Positions 30,135 through 40,052 of a DNA stretch of 64,000 nucleotides are shown here, in pieces (the first letter of the stretch is position 1; each line of letters opens with the position of its first letter). The notes under the pieces were generated by a model. That model made no database searches. It saw only the letters and a program-made list of their open reading frames with translations, and was not told the DNA's origin. Location: NCBI GenBank assembly GCA_965207885.1, contig OZ242311.1, forward strand, positions 1,728,001 through 1,792,000, in the 5' to 3' direction. Position numbers and translations under genes: made by a program. Origin of the DNA: Candidatus Latescibacterota bacterium (GTDB lineage: Bacteria > Latescibacterota > UBA2968).

Positions 30135-30287
30135 CTGCGGCCTCCTCGCTATTGTTTGTGCGATGCAGAATAATGTCAACAAGCCGATCCGTCAAGCGAT
30201 TCTAATTATCAGCGCGGAACACTTGCTAAGAAACAATTTTAAAGGTAAATTATCTCCTGAACGAACCAAAATAGAAAAGGAACATAT

Positions 30288-31760
30288 ATGCGCATCTTAT
30301 ACCTCGATCTCGACGCCTTAAATCCCACACACCTGGGCTGTTACGGATATCACCGCAACACATCGCCAACAATTGACAAAATAGCAGCCGAAGGCATTCG
30401 ATTTAACCAGGTCTATACAACAGACGCGCCCTGCTTGCCATCGCGCACGGCATTTTACTCCGGGCAATTTGGCATTCATTCGGGCGTCGTAGGACACGGC
30501 GGCACCGCATCAGAGCGGCGAATAAATGGACCAAACCGCGGATTTCGAGATCGACTGGCAAACGAGGGACTGGCCGGATTCCTGCAGCGTCGGGGCTTAA
30601 AAACATCCATGATCAGCCCCTTTGGACAGCGGCATGCCGCGTGGCATTTTTACGCGGGCTTCAACGAAATACACAACACCGGCAAAGGCGGCATGGAATC
30701 AGCCGAAGAAGTAACACCCGTAGTCGAAAAATGGCTGAATGACAATGCCGCGGACGACAACTGGTTTTTGCACATCAACTACTGGGATGTACACACCCCC
30801 TATCGCGCGCCAGCAGAATACGGCGAACCCTTTGCCGATGATCCTCTCCCAGCCTGGCTAACACCCGAATTGCTGGAAGAACACAAAAAACTCGTCGGCC
30901 CCCACACCGCGCAGGACATCATGATGTGGAACGACCGTCCCATTCCCCGCTTTCCCCGGCACCCCGGGCGCCTGGACAACATGGACGACCTGCGGCGAAT
31001 GATCGACGGATACGACACCGCAATCCGGTACGTAGATGATCAAATTGCCATCATTGTGGGCATATTGGAAAACAAAGGCGTACTGGACGACACTGCGATC
31101 ATCATCAGCGCAGATCACGGCGAAAACATGGGCGAACTCGGCATATACGGCGAACATGGAACAGCCGATCAGGCGACCTGCCATATACCGATGATCGTAA
31201 AATGGCCCGGCGGGCAGTCTGGAATCACAGACGAGGGCCTGCATTACAATATTGATTTAGCGCCCACACTATCCGATCTTTTAGGCGGGCAAAAACAGGC
31301 GTTGTGGGATGGCGAAAGTTACGCCCCTGTCATCACCGAAGGTACAGATGCCGGGCGCAGCGAATTGATCCTGAGCCAGTGCGCGCACGTATGCCAGCGG
31401 GCTGTCCGCTTTGACGACTGGATTTACATCCGCACCTATCACGATGGATATCGGCTCTACCCACGCGAACTGCTATTTAACCTATCAGACGACCCCTGGG
31501 AAATGCGCGACGTAGCGGCTGAAAATCCCGATATATGCCGAGAAGCTGCGTATCGCCTCATGAACTGGCACGACCACATGATGGAAACCATGCCGCGACC
31601 CTACGACAACGATCCCCTCTGGACAGTCATGCAAGAAGGCGGACCAATGCACACCTGGGGAGCTTTCGAAGACTATTGCGATCGCCTTGCAGAAACCGAC
31701 CGTGCAGAAGGCGCGGTTTTACTGCGCAAAAAATTTGGAAACAAATACCGCCATCCATAA
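30288..31760 (+). CDS. Sulfatase (Cys-type)
   Basis: CLPSR formylglycine motif, DVHTPY, SADHGE. Confidence 0.92.
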   Translation: MRILYLDLDALNPTHLGCYGYHRNTSPTIDKIAAEGIRFNQVYTTDAPCLPSRTAFYSGQFGIHSGVVGHGGTASERRINGPNRGFRDRLANEGLAGFLQRRGLKTSMISPFGQRHAAWHFYAGFNEIHNTGKGGMESAEEVTPVVEKWLNDNAADDNWFLHINYWDVHTPYRAPAEYGEPFADDPLPAWLTPELLEEHKKLVGPHTAQDIMMWNDRPIPRFPRHPGRLDNMDDLRRMIDGYDTAIRYVDDQIAIIVGILENKGVLDDTAIIISADHGENMGELGIYGEHGTADQATCHIPMIVKWPGGQSGITDEGLHYNIDLAPTLSDLLGGQKQALWDGESYAPVITEGTDAGRSELILSQCAHVCQRAVRFDDWIYIRTYHDGYRLYPRELLFNLSDDPWEMRDVAAENPDICREAAYRLMNWHDHMMETMPRPYDNDPLWTVMQEGGPMHTWGAFEDYCDRLAETDRAEGAVLLRKKFGNKYRHP

Positions 31761-31776
31761 AAGTAAGGAGTAAACC

Positions 31777-32646
31777 ATGCTCACCCAGAAACAAATCGCG
31801 TTTTATCACGAACACGGATATCTCGGTGTGGAGAACGTGCTCAGTGAAGACGAGGTCAATAACCTGCGTCGGACAACCGATGAATATGTGGAAAAATCGC
31901 GGGAGGTCACCGAACACACCGAAGTATTCGACCTCGAACCCGGGCACACGCCCGAAAACCCAAAACTGAGACGCCTGAAAAGTCCGATCCTGCTCCATGA
32001 AGTATATCGCAAGACCCTGCATCACGAGAAAATTTTGGGCATCGTATCGCAATTGATCGGATATGGCCTGCGGTGCAATGGCAACAAGCTCAACATGAAA
32101 CAACCCGGCTACGGCAGCCCGGTCGAATGGCATCAGGACTGGGCATTTTATCCGCATAGCAACGACGATTTACTCGCTGTGGGCATAGTGCTCGACGACA
32201 TGACAGAAGAAAATGGCCCCTTGCTCGTCATTCCCGGCTCGCACAAAGGACCGGTGTACGATCATCACCTCGACGGCCATTTCTGCGGCGCCGTAACCGA
32301 CTCCACCTTTAGCGACAAAGGTGCCGTACCCGTAATGGTCAAAGCAGGCGGCATCACAATCCATCACGTACGCATGCTGCACGGATCAGTATCCAATACA
32401 TCTGACAAACCCCGCCGACTGCTCCTATTTCAATACTGCGCGATCGACGCATATCCCCTATCGGGCCTGAACAACTGGGATTTGTTCAATGAAACAATCG
32501 TGCGCGGTGAACCGACCAACATCCCGCGCGTGGAAGCCGTACCCGTGCGAATGCCATGGCCGGGCGCACTCCGAAGCGGATCCATTTACGAATCGCAAAC
32601 CGTGGTGAAAGAGTCAAAATTTTCTAAAGAACACTATAAAAAATGA
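31777..32646 (+). CDS. PhyH-family Fe(II)/2OG dioxygenase
   Basis: EWHQD, ENGPLLVIPGSH, LHGS. Confidence 0.92.
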   Translation: MLTQKQIAFYHEHGYLGVENVLSEDEVNNLRRTTDEYVEKSREVTEHTEVFDLEPGHTPENPKLRRLKSPILLHEVYRKTLHHEKILGIVSQLIGYGLRCNGNKLNMKQPGYGSPVEWHQDWAFYPHSNDDLLAVGIVLDDMTEENGPLLVIPGSHKGPVYDHHLDGHFCGAVTDSTFSDKGAVPVMVKAGGITIHHVRMLHGSVSNTSDKPRRLLLFQYCAIDAYPLSGLNNWDLFNETIVRGEPTNIPRVEAVPVRMPWPGALRSGSIYESQTVVKESKFSKEHYKK

Positions 32647-32675
32647 ATACAACAATTCTACGGTAATACAAAGCG

Positions 32676-32770
32676 CGAATAGACGAATAGACGAATAGAC
32701 GAACTCCACCCTACCACCCGAAGTTAGCCGAACTACGTCGTTGATTCGTTGATTCGCTGATTCGTTCGCC
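32676..32770. repeat. Palindromic element B with 8-bp tandem-repeat arms, copy 1
   Basis: (CGAATAGA)x3 ... (TTGATTCG)x2-3; inverted homolog at 52618-52690. Confidence 0.8.
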
Positions 32771-32773
32771 GTC

Positions 32774-33094
32774 TCAATCCCGATAAGTAACAGCCGTGCC
32801 ACTGGCACTGACCATAAGCATACTGCCCTCGCCAACCGTATCGTAGTCGAGATCCACGCCAATGACGGCATTGGCACCCATACCGCGTGCCTGTTCGACC
32901 ATTTCCTCAATGGCGAGATCTTTGGCTCTGCGGAGTTCTGACTCATACGCGGCTGAACGCCCGCCGACAATATCGCGGAGACTCGCAAAGATATCTTTGA
33001 AAAAATTGGCACCCAAAATAGCTTCACCCGTCACAATACCCTGATAGCTATCAATAGTTTTCCCTTCAATATTGGGGGTTGTCAACACGAGCAT
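32774..33094 (-). CDS. UPF0145/YbjQ family protein
   Basis: TTPNIEG...[10 protein letters not shown]...[12 protein letters not shown]...ASGTAV. Confidence 0.92.
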   Translation of the reverse strand: MLVLTTPNIEGKTIDSYQGIVTGEAILGANFFKDIFASLRDIVGGRSAAYESELRRAKDLAIEEMVEQARGMGANAVIGVDLDYDTVGEGSMLMVSASGTAVTYRD

Positions 33095-33207
33095 AAAAGC
33101 CTCCTTTTATATTGTTTTCTGATAATTTCATCGAAAAAATATCTCATTGTACACAATCAGGCAAGGTCTAAGGTCTAAAACAACATTCAAAAAACAGGAG
33201 CTTTGAC

Positions 33208-34026
33208 ATGAACCACGTGAGTAAATCCATGCGGCAACAGTGGCAGGAGCAGGGATATTTACATCTCAAAAATGTAATCCCCAAAGACGAAGCAGCGGAA
33301 TATCTCGACGCGGCCAATGAAGTAATCGCGAAGTACGAAGCCAAATATCCCGAGGTTCTCGAAAAAGGCGTCTATACCATCATCCAAACGCTCTTCCGAA
33401 CGAGTCGAATCGACGGATTAATGGACCACCCCAACTTATTTGGCACCATCCTCGACCTGATGGGACCTTATATCCAGATCATGGGATCGCAAATTTACGT
33501 ACGCTATCCAAATGACAAAACCGATAACTTGATCGGCTGGCACACCGATGCTGGACGCTCACTGGCACAAATTCGGGTCACGCCAGACAGTCTGCCATTA
33601 AACTTCAAAATACAGTTCTTCCTCACCGATATACCACACGAAAATTGTGCGAACTTCTGTGTGGTACCCGGCAGCCATCGCCGCCCAATGCCCAATGGAT
33701 CCCGCAATGAAACACCGCCCGGCGCAATACAACTCATTGCCGAAGCGGGAGATTGCGCGATCTTCCCCAACACCATGTGGCACGCGGTCGCACCAAATCA
33801 CACAGACGTCGTGCGGCGCAGCATCACCTTCCGATATGGACAAATGTGGTGCAGACCCTACGATTACGAAAAGTGTCCCGAAGAAGTACTATCCCGCATG
33901 ACACCTCGCCGCCGTCGGTTAATGGGTGACATGGGTGAAAAATATACGGCGACAGATTATTTCAAGCCCTCTGACCAGATAAAAGTCATCATGGATGGCC
34001 TGGACTTTAAGTGTCCCAATGCTTAA
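33208..34026 (+). CDS. PhyH-family Fe(II)/2OG dioxygenase
   Basis: GWHTD, VVPGSH, MWHAV. Confidence 0.88.
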   Translation: MNHVSKSMRQQWQEQGYLHLKNVIPKDEAAEYLDAANEVIAKYEAKYPEVLEKGVYTIIQTLFRTSRIDGLMDHPNLFGTILDLMGPYIQIMGSQIYVRYPNDKTDNLIGWHTDAGRSLAQIRVTPDSLPLNFKIQFFLTDIPHENCANFCVVPGSHRRPMPNGSRNETPPGAIQLIAEAGDCAIFPNTMWHAVAPNHTDVVRRSITFRYGQMWCRPYDYEKCPEEVLSRMTPRRRRLMGDMGEKYTATDYFKPSDQIKVIMDGLDFKCPNA

Positions 34027-34041
34027 CAGCCCATAAAACCA

Positions 34042-34070
34042 AAAGCCCCGGACAATCCGGGGTTTTTTTT
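34042..34070 (+). terminator. Rho-independent terminator
   Basis: CCCCGGA-CAA-TCCGGGG followed by a T8 run. Confidence 0.85.
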
Positions 34071-34147
34071 ATATCCGTGCGACACTTTCGGGATACAAAC
34101 TCGTCTTTTATTAAAACACGCGTGTATTGATTTCTCGTGGAGCATTC

Positions 34148-35512
34148 GTGGAACAGATTGAAGACAGCGCGCTCATCGCTCAAATTCTGGATGGCGACCG
34201 CAAAGCATTCGCAATTCTGGTGCAACGCTATTCGCGATATGTGTATGCCCAAATTGCCCGATCCATACGATTGGTTGACGACGTAGAAGATCTGGTCCAA
34301 ATCGTATTTATCAAAGCGTACGAAAATCTGCACCAACTTCGCAAACCCGACCGATTTAGACCCTGGTTACACAGCATCATACGCAACGCCGTCAACTCCC
34401 ATCATCGCCGTCGAGCCGTGCAATTGCGACTGGAAGAAACATTTTATCCAGAACCCGCAACGCACACAGAAGAAGAAATCAAACACGTTGTACGAGCCGC
34501 GCTTCACGTCCTATCGGCTGAACATCGCCAGGTAATCGCCCATCACTATTTCAAAGGGTATTCTTACGCGGAAACAGCCGACCTCCTGAACCTCACGGTA
34601 GAAACCGTGCGCGGGCGTCTGAGGCGTGCCCGTCTCAAATTGAAAGGAGAGTTACACAAAATGTCGGATATTCAAATGCAAACAACTGAACTGGACCGCG
34701 CGGACATGGACGCGCTCAAAAAAGTAATCGGTTTTGTAAGCGACGATGAAAAACGCCCGATCTTGCAGGGCGTATGTCTCGACACAGGCGGTCGCGCAAC
34801 TGCGACCAACGGACATATCATGATCATTCGCACCCTAAAAAGCCTCTCGGAATTGGTCGCACCCATTGTCATCGGACCCTGGGCAGGCATCCAACTCCCC
34901 GAACATGCCACATTGAAAATTGCGGAAACAACCGCAGAAATCCAGAGCAACGGCACAACCCTTCAGGTCCCCTTGATCGAAGGTCCTTATGTCAAATACG
35001 AACAGGTCATCCCGCAAGAAGATCCCACAATGCGCGTTTCCCTCTCGTCAACTCTTCTATCACACGCCCTGAACTTACTACAAGAATTCATGGAAGCACG
35101 GCATCCAGAGTCGGACACGTGGCAATACCGCCCCCGGGTAGATCTGCATCTCTCGCCACTAACCCAAACCATAACCTTTCTCACCTCACGGGACACGGGA
35201 TATACCCGAGAAGACAATGGCAAATTCCAATATCTCCACGACGCGAAAGATGACGACTCGCCGGGAGGCATTGCAGATTGGATATTTCAAGTACCCCTCA
35301 ATGCCAAATTTGAAACCTCATCAGAAGACACACTCAGGTTCGCTGTGAACTTCGCGTATCTAAAAAAGATCCTGCACGCGCTCGACTTTGAAGACAGCGA
35401 TGAAATCACAATGGAATTTAGAGAACAGGGAAAAGCGATCATCTTGCGCACGCCCTTGAATGCAGAATGGCTGGCATTGCTAATGCCAATCAGGCTGAAG
35501 TCAAAGGATTAA
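34148..35512 (+). CDS. ECF sigma factor fused to beta sliding-clamp domains II and III
   Basis: Sigma2 (EDLVQIVF..AY...FRPWLHSIIRN) and sigma4 (GYSYAETA..L....TVRGRLRRAR), then clamp motifs DDEKRPILQGV, ATNGH, LIEGPY.KY.QVIP, VNFAYL, LLMPIRL; GTG start with GGAG RBS. Confidence 0.8.
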   Translation: MEQIEDSALIAQILDGDRKAFAILVQRYSRYVYAQIARSIRLVDDVEDLVQIVFIKAYENLHQLRKPDRFRPWLHSIIRNAVNSHHRRRAVQLRLEETFYPEPATHTEEEIKHVVRAALHVLSAEHRQVIAHHYFKGYSYAETADLLNLTVETVRGRLRRARLKLKGELHKMSDIQMQTTELDRADMDALKKVIGFVSDDEKRPILQGVCLDTGGRATATNGHIMIIRTLKSLSELVAPIVIGPWAGIQLPEHATLKIAETTAEIQSNGTTLQVPLIEGPYVKYEQVIPQEDPTMRVSLSSTLLSHALNLLQEFMEARHPESDTWQYRPRVDLHLSPLTQTITFLTSRDTGYTREDNGKFQYLHDAKDDDSPGGIADWIFQVPLNAKFETSSEDTLRFAVNFAYLKKILHALDFEDSDEITMEFREQGKAIILRTPLNAEWLALLMPIRLKSKD

Positions 35513-36396
35513 ACCACACCAGCATTCTCCAATGCCGCCTGAACCTGCCTTTCCTGCTCGGCAGACGACGGTGGCATTGGCGGTCTTGGCACACCTCCAT
35601 CGCGCCCCTGCAGCTTCATCGCATACTTGGTATTCGCGGGCAAATTATCATCAAAAATTGCATTCCAAATCGGCAGCAACTTTTCGTGTAAATCCAACGC
35701 CTTTTTATGATCACCCGCACGACACGCATCCCACACCGCCACACACAACTCGGGCACAGCCGTCAAAATCGCCGCAATCGCACCGTGCGCACCCAAAACA
35801 AATGACGGATACAACAACGCATCTACCGCAGTCATAATCCGCGCTCGATCTCCCGCCATCAACAACAAATCAGCCAGCAACTTCATATCTCCCGCACTCT
35901 GCTTCACCCCCACCACACCTTCCACCGCGTCAATAATCCGCGTCAACAACTCTGGTGACAAATACGTCCACGGCACCACATTGTAAATCATCACCGGCAA
36001 CCCCGTCCCCTCACACAACGCCTCAAAATGCCTGACCATCGCATCATCGTCTGGCCGAAACAAATAATGCACCGGCGTCACCTGCAACGCCACCGGGCCC
36101 AAATCGGCCACAGCCTTCCCCCGCTCAATTGCCGACTTCGTACTGTCCGTAATAATCCCCGTAATCACTGGCACTCGCCCATCGGCTTCCTCCACTGCCC
36201 ATTGCGTCAACTGCCTCACCTCACCATCCCCGAGCGTATGCCCCTCGCCCGTACTCCCCGTCACCGCCAACCCATGCACCTTCGCCGTCTCAATCATATA
36301 CTGAATTTCCGCACGAAACGCCCCCTCATCAAGTGAGTCATCCTCCCGAAACGGCGTCACCACTGGCGGCACAATCCCATAAATAGAATCCATCAT
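35509..36396 (-). CDS. Dihydrodipicolinate synthase family aldolase/dehydratase
   Basis: VTPF, GSTGEG, IYNV, GVKQS. Confidence 0.9.
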   Translation of the reverse strand: MMDSIYGIVPPVVTPFREDDSLDEGAFRAEIQYMIETAKVHGLAVTGSTGEGHTLGDGEVRQLTQWAVEEADGRVPVITGIITDSTKSAIERGKAVADLGPVALQVTPVHYLFRPDDDAMVRHFEALCEGTGLPVMIYNVVPWTYLSPELLTRIIDAVEGVVGVKQSAGDMKLLADLLLMAGDRARIMTAVDALLYPSFVLGAHGAIAAILTAVPELCVAVWDACRAGDHKKALDLHEKLLPIWNAIFDDNLPANTKYAMKLQGRDGGVPRPPMPPSSAEQERQVQAALENAGVV

Positions 36397-36572
36397 CTCC
36401 TCCTCAATCCGTGTGACCATAAATATTCACTCTGAAAAACATAGAGAAAAAAATATACAAACCACAACCCCATTTCGAACCATCTGGTGTTCGTGTTGCA
36501 GATTTTAAAAAAGGAATTATTTTAATCGTGTTCAATTCTCAGCATTCAGAAACCTTTTTTGGAGGGTCACAC

Positions 36573-37940
36573 ATGAATATCATCGTCGTAATGTCCGACA
36601 CCCTGCGCTATGATCACCTGGGCTGTCATGGCAATAACTGGATCCGCACGCCGCATATAGACGCATTCTCCAAACGCTGCATGGTCTTTGACCGCGCGTA
36701 TCAAGCGTCGTTCCCAACAATACCCACGCGCACAGACATGATGACCGGCAGACTCACCTTTCCCTTTCGAGGCTGGACGCCACTTCCCGAAGATGAAGTC
36801 ATCTTGTCCGAACTCCTCACAGACGCGGGATATGTCACCATGCTCTTATGCGACACACCGCACCTGGTAAGAGACGGACATCAATTTGACCGCGGGTTTT
36901 TGGGCTGGGAATGGATTCGCGGGCAAGAAGGCGACCGCTCAATCACAGATGATGTACCCGTCCCCTTCGAATCAGTCCCCGAAAAAATTCGCACACCTGA
37001 GCGCATGCAACAATATCACTACCGCTGGCGCGCAGCACACTGGGAAACAGAACGCGACACCTTTGTCGCACGCACCATGCAACGCGCTGCAGACTGGCTG
37101 GAAGCAAACCACACCCACGAAAAATTCTTCCTGTACATCGACACCTTTGACCCTCACGAACCGTGGGACCCCCCCGCGCACTATGTCAATATGTACAACC
37201 CCGACTACACAGGCGAAGTCATTGACCATCCCATTTACGACTACTGCGATTACCTGAGCGCAGAAGAAATCAAACACACGCGGGCACTATACGCAGGTGA
37301 AGTCACACTCATGGACACCTGGGTCGGTCACCTGCTGGAAAAAGTAGAAAACCTGAATCTCTGGGAAGACACAGCCGTAATCTTCATGTCTGACCACGGA
37401 CACTACATCGGCGACCACGGACGCATTGGCAAAAGCGGACAGGGACCAGATGGTGACTGGCCCTATTACGAAGAAGTATCCCACACAGCTTTCATGGGAT
37501 ATATACCCGGCAGCAACGCAGCGGGAAAACGCACAAAATTCCTGACACAACCCGTCGATTTCATGCCCACAATTCTCGACCTTGCAGGCATAAAAAAACC
37601 CGATGGACTGCACGGCATATCCGTCGCCCCCATCTTAAAAGGCGAAAAAACAGAAGAACAACGGAAAGTCGCCGTCACATCGGCAACCCTGCCAGTGCGC
37701 GAAGACCGCAGCGTGTGTTCCAGCATCACAGACGGCAACTGGACCTTGCACTATCGCGGACCCAACTGGCCAGCAGAACTATACAACCTCCAAACAGACC
37801 TCGCGCAAAAGCACAACGTGTATAACCAGCAAAACATAGCCGAAGCACAGCGACTGCACCAAGCGTATCTGGAAGTATTAAAAGGCGCGGGAACGCCCGA
37901 GGAAAAATTCGCGTTGCGGACAGAACTGCCCAATGCCTGA
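36573..37940 (+). CDS. Sulfatase-family hydrolase with Thr at the nucleophile position
   Basis: SDTLRYD, FPTIPTR, FDPHEPW, SDHGH. Confidence 0.85.
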   Translation: MNIIVVMSDTLRYDHLGCHGNNWIRTPHIDAFSKRCMVFDRAYQASFPTIPTRTDMMTGRLTFPFRGWTPLPEDEVILSELLTDAGYVTMLLCDTPHLVRDGHQFDRGFLGWEWIRGQEGDRSITDDVPVPFESVPEKIRTPERMQQYHYRWRAAHWETERDTFVARTMQRAADWLEANHTHEKFFLYIDTFDPHEPWDPPAHYVNMYNPDYTGEVIDHPIYDYCDYLSAEEIKHTRALYAGEVTLMDTWVGHLLEKVENLNLWEDTAVIFMSDHGHYIGDHGRIGKSGQGPDGDWPYYEEVSHTAFMGYIPGSNAAGKRTKFLTQPVDFMPTILDLAGIKKPDGLHGISVAPILKGEKTEEQRKVAVTSATLPVREDRSVCSSITDGNWTLHYRGPNWPAELYNLQTDLAQKHNVYNQQNIAEAQRLHQAYLEVLKGAGTPEEKFALRTELPNA

Positions 37941-37983
37941 TCCGCACATAAGTTTCCATTTTAGACTCTGAAATTTACAATAC

Positions 37984-38015
37984 AAAAAACGCCCTGGAGA
38001 AATCCGGGGCGTTTT
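37984..38015. terminator. Bidirectional terminator
   Basis: AAAAAACGCCCTGG-AGAAAT-CCGGGGCGTTTT. Confidence 0.7.
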
Positions 38016-38040
38016 ATTATCAACTTTTTCTACACAACAT

Positions 38041-38262
38041 TCAAACATTTGTAATTGGCGCGTAGTGTAATACGATAAACTGGTTGGGACGTAAACCAAC
38101 TGATTCATAGGTGCGCCCTTCCCGGTCACAAAATTCAACTTCAAACGCTTGACCATCTGAAAACACCTCAACAATTGTTCCAACCTGCCCCCGACATAGA
38201 CCATATTCGGCAATATCTTCTGTCAATGCAACCACATATAAAAGTTTGTTATCTTTATCCAT
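38041..38262 (-). CDS. DUF4926 family protein
   Basis: VVALTEDI...L.RGQVGTIVE....FEVEF.D.EGRTY. Confidence 0.85.
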   Translation of the reverse strand: MDKDNKLLYVVALTEDIAEYGLCRGQVGTIVEVFSDGQAFEVEFCDREGRTYESVGLRPNQFIVLHYAPITNV

Positions 38263-38322
38263 ATCACTTCGTGGTCAATAGTCAGTTGTAGATTACACCC
38301 TTGAGTTCGCCCACTTTTGACG

Positions 38323-39348
38323 TCACATCTGGCGTCTTTCATTTATCTCATACCCTGCTTCCAATTCCCGTATTAGAAGATCCATCTGTTCAGGCTCTTT
38401 TTCGTACGTATTGAATGATTTTACAGCCTCTGTTGCAATCTCTACCGACCTCTTTTCCTTGTCAATACCGATATATTTTCTTCCCTCACTCAATGCTGCC
38501 AAAGCAGTCGTGCCGCTTCCTATAAAGCAATCGAGCACAATTTCATCAGGTTCAGTAAATAGCTTAATGGCTCTACGAGGCAATTCAACTGGAAATTTAG
38601 AATCATGATCTGAATTGCTGCGGACAGAAGGAATTTCCCATACGCCTCTGGAACCCCAATTTACCCATTCTTGTTTTGTAAGCCTTGATCTATCAACCTT
38701 CGTTATACCCGGCTTCCAAAAAATATAAATATATTCTGACTCATCTACAGAACGGTATGATATGGTATGCCATCTTGAATTCTCCCAGGCAGCGTCTTTT
38801 ACCCATATACGCCGATCATATAAATAAAAACCTGCATCTGTAGCAGCTTTTTCTATCAAATTCCCAACGAGATAAACTCTTGTTTGGGATTGATATTTCC
38901 CACCTCTAATATTGTTACCATTAAGCCGCCGGTCTATTGTTTGCTCGCTGCACCCAAAGTGTTCTGCAAGTTTGTACCTATTCCAATCAGGATGCTGTTG
39001 TACAACCTTAAGTATGTCTTCTTTTGTAAGATTAATTTTCCGACGAGAAATGTTTTCCGCCATAATTTTCGGCATCGTATCATCCTTAAAACACAATATA
39101 TCGGCAATATTGATCACCAAAAATCCGCCGGGTTTCACAATGGGAAAATGTAGCTTAATCACCTTTCGCAGAAGATTTTTCCAATCTTGAAATGATAAAT
39201 CCTTCTCGTATTCTTTCCCGACGTAATACGGAGGCGACCAGATACTGAGCGCAATGGATTCCCGCTCAATTCTCTCCAAAAGCTCCTGAGAATCGCCATG
39301 ATATATTTCGTTCGGTACAAGTGCCTTAAACAAGTTTACGATTCCCAT
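38323..39348 (-). CDS. Type II DNA methyltransferase (beta class, probably m4C) with an internal HTH
   Basis: SPPYY precedes DCFIGSGTT; insert NRYKLAEHFGCSEQTIDRRL. Confidence 0.88.
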   Translation of the reverse strand: MGIVNLFKALVPNEIYHGDSQELLERIERESIALSIWSPPYYVGKEYEKDLSFQDWKNLLRKVIKLHFPIVKPGGFLVINIADILCFKDDTMPKIMAENISRRKINLTKEDILKVVQQHPDWNRYKLAEHFGCSEQTIDRRLNGNNIRGGKYQSQTRVYLVGNLIEKAATDAGFYLYDRRIWVKDAAWENSRWHTISYRSVDESEYIYIFWKPGITKVDRSRLTKQEWVNWGSRGVWEIPSVRSNSDHDSKFPVELPRRAIKLFTEPDEIVLDCFIGSGTTALAALSEGRKYIGIDKEKRSVEIATEAVKSFNTYEKEPEQMDLLIRELEAGYEINERRQM

Positions 39349-40052
39349 GACCCAATACACTCCTGTCTTTCTTTATCATAGGTAAGCCTTTGTACTCGCC
39401 ACGAAGCCTTGTCCTTTAACCTGCTAAAGCCTACTCTCACCCTGAAATCTTCACCTAATGTCGGTGCATTTCTACCAGCCAGCCAGATACCATCATCAAC
39501 CGTTGGATTATACCTTCCTTGCAATTTTCCATTTGGAATTGCTACCATAGTCACTTCATGCAAACGGTGATGACCTGAAAGATCATCGTAGCTGAAATGA
39601 ATAAGGCATGTCGTTGTGAGGTAATTTTTATCTCCATATTCGGATATTTCAGGTAAAAACCCTTTTTCATTAACCTGGGCACCGGATCGCCGTTGTCTCA
39701 CCCACATGGAAGTTTGTGACATCTGAATCGTTGCAGAACGATTTTCCTTTTCTGCTTTTGAGTCAATAAACAATGCCTGTCTGACGGTTTGATCAGGGAG
39801 GATCACATATCGTGCTTTTTTGTAATCGACTGTACCATATACTCTCTGTTGCACATTAAACCCGGAAAGCCGATCAAGCAATTCTCGCGTTATATCTTCA
39901 GCTATATCTTTAACACTATCGGGCGATCTAAGAAATATTTCATGTGCTTCCATTCCGAAATCATAAACCGCTTGGAATATCCAACGCAATGTGAGCTTTT
40001 CAATTTCCTCGATTTCATCCAAGGATAAATTTTTGGGGTCTTTTTCCGTCAT
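39336..40052 (-). CDS. SfiI-like type II restriction endonuclease
   Basis: LSLDEIEEIEK.TLR, AEDIT, DYK..R, ID.KA, RYNP, R.RV.F.RLK...WR match SfiI as recalled. Confidence 0.8.
   Translation of the reverse strand: MTEKDPKNLSLDEIEEIEKLTLRWIFQAVYDFGMEAHEIFLRSPDSVKDIAEDITRELLDRLSGFNVQQRVYGTVDYKKARYVILPDQTVRQALFIDSKAEKENRSATIQMSQTSMWVRQRRSGAQVNEKGFLPEISEYGDKNYLTTTCLIHFSYDDLSGHHRLHEVTMVAIPNGKLQGRYNPTVDDGIWLAGRNAPTLGEDFRVRVGFSRLKDKASWRVQRLTYDKERQECIGSWES

Noticed and set aside
34148-35512. Calling this gene dnaN
   Set aside because: It lacks clamp domain I, carries sigma domains, and is not near dnaA/recF/gyrB.
11536-35512. Functional link between the SocA-family antitoxin and the clamp-domain sigma (SocB targets the clamp)
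   Set aside because: They are 22 kb apart and the toxin does not look like SocB; coincidence is more likely.
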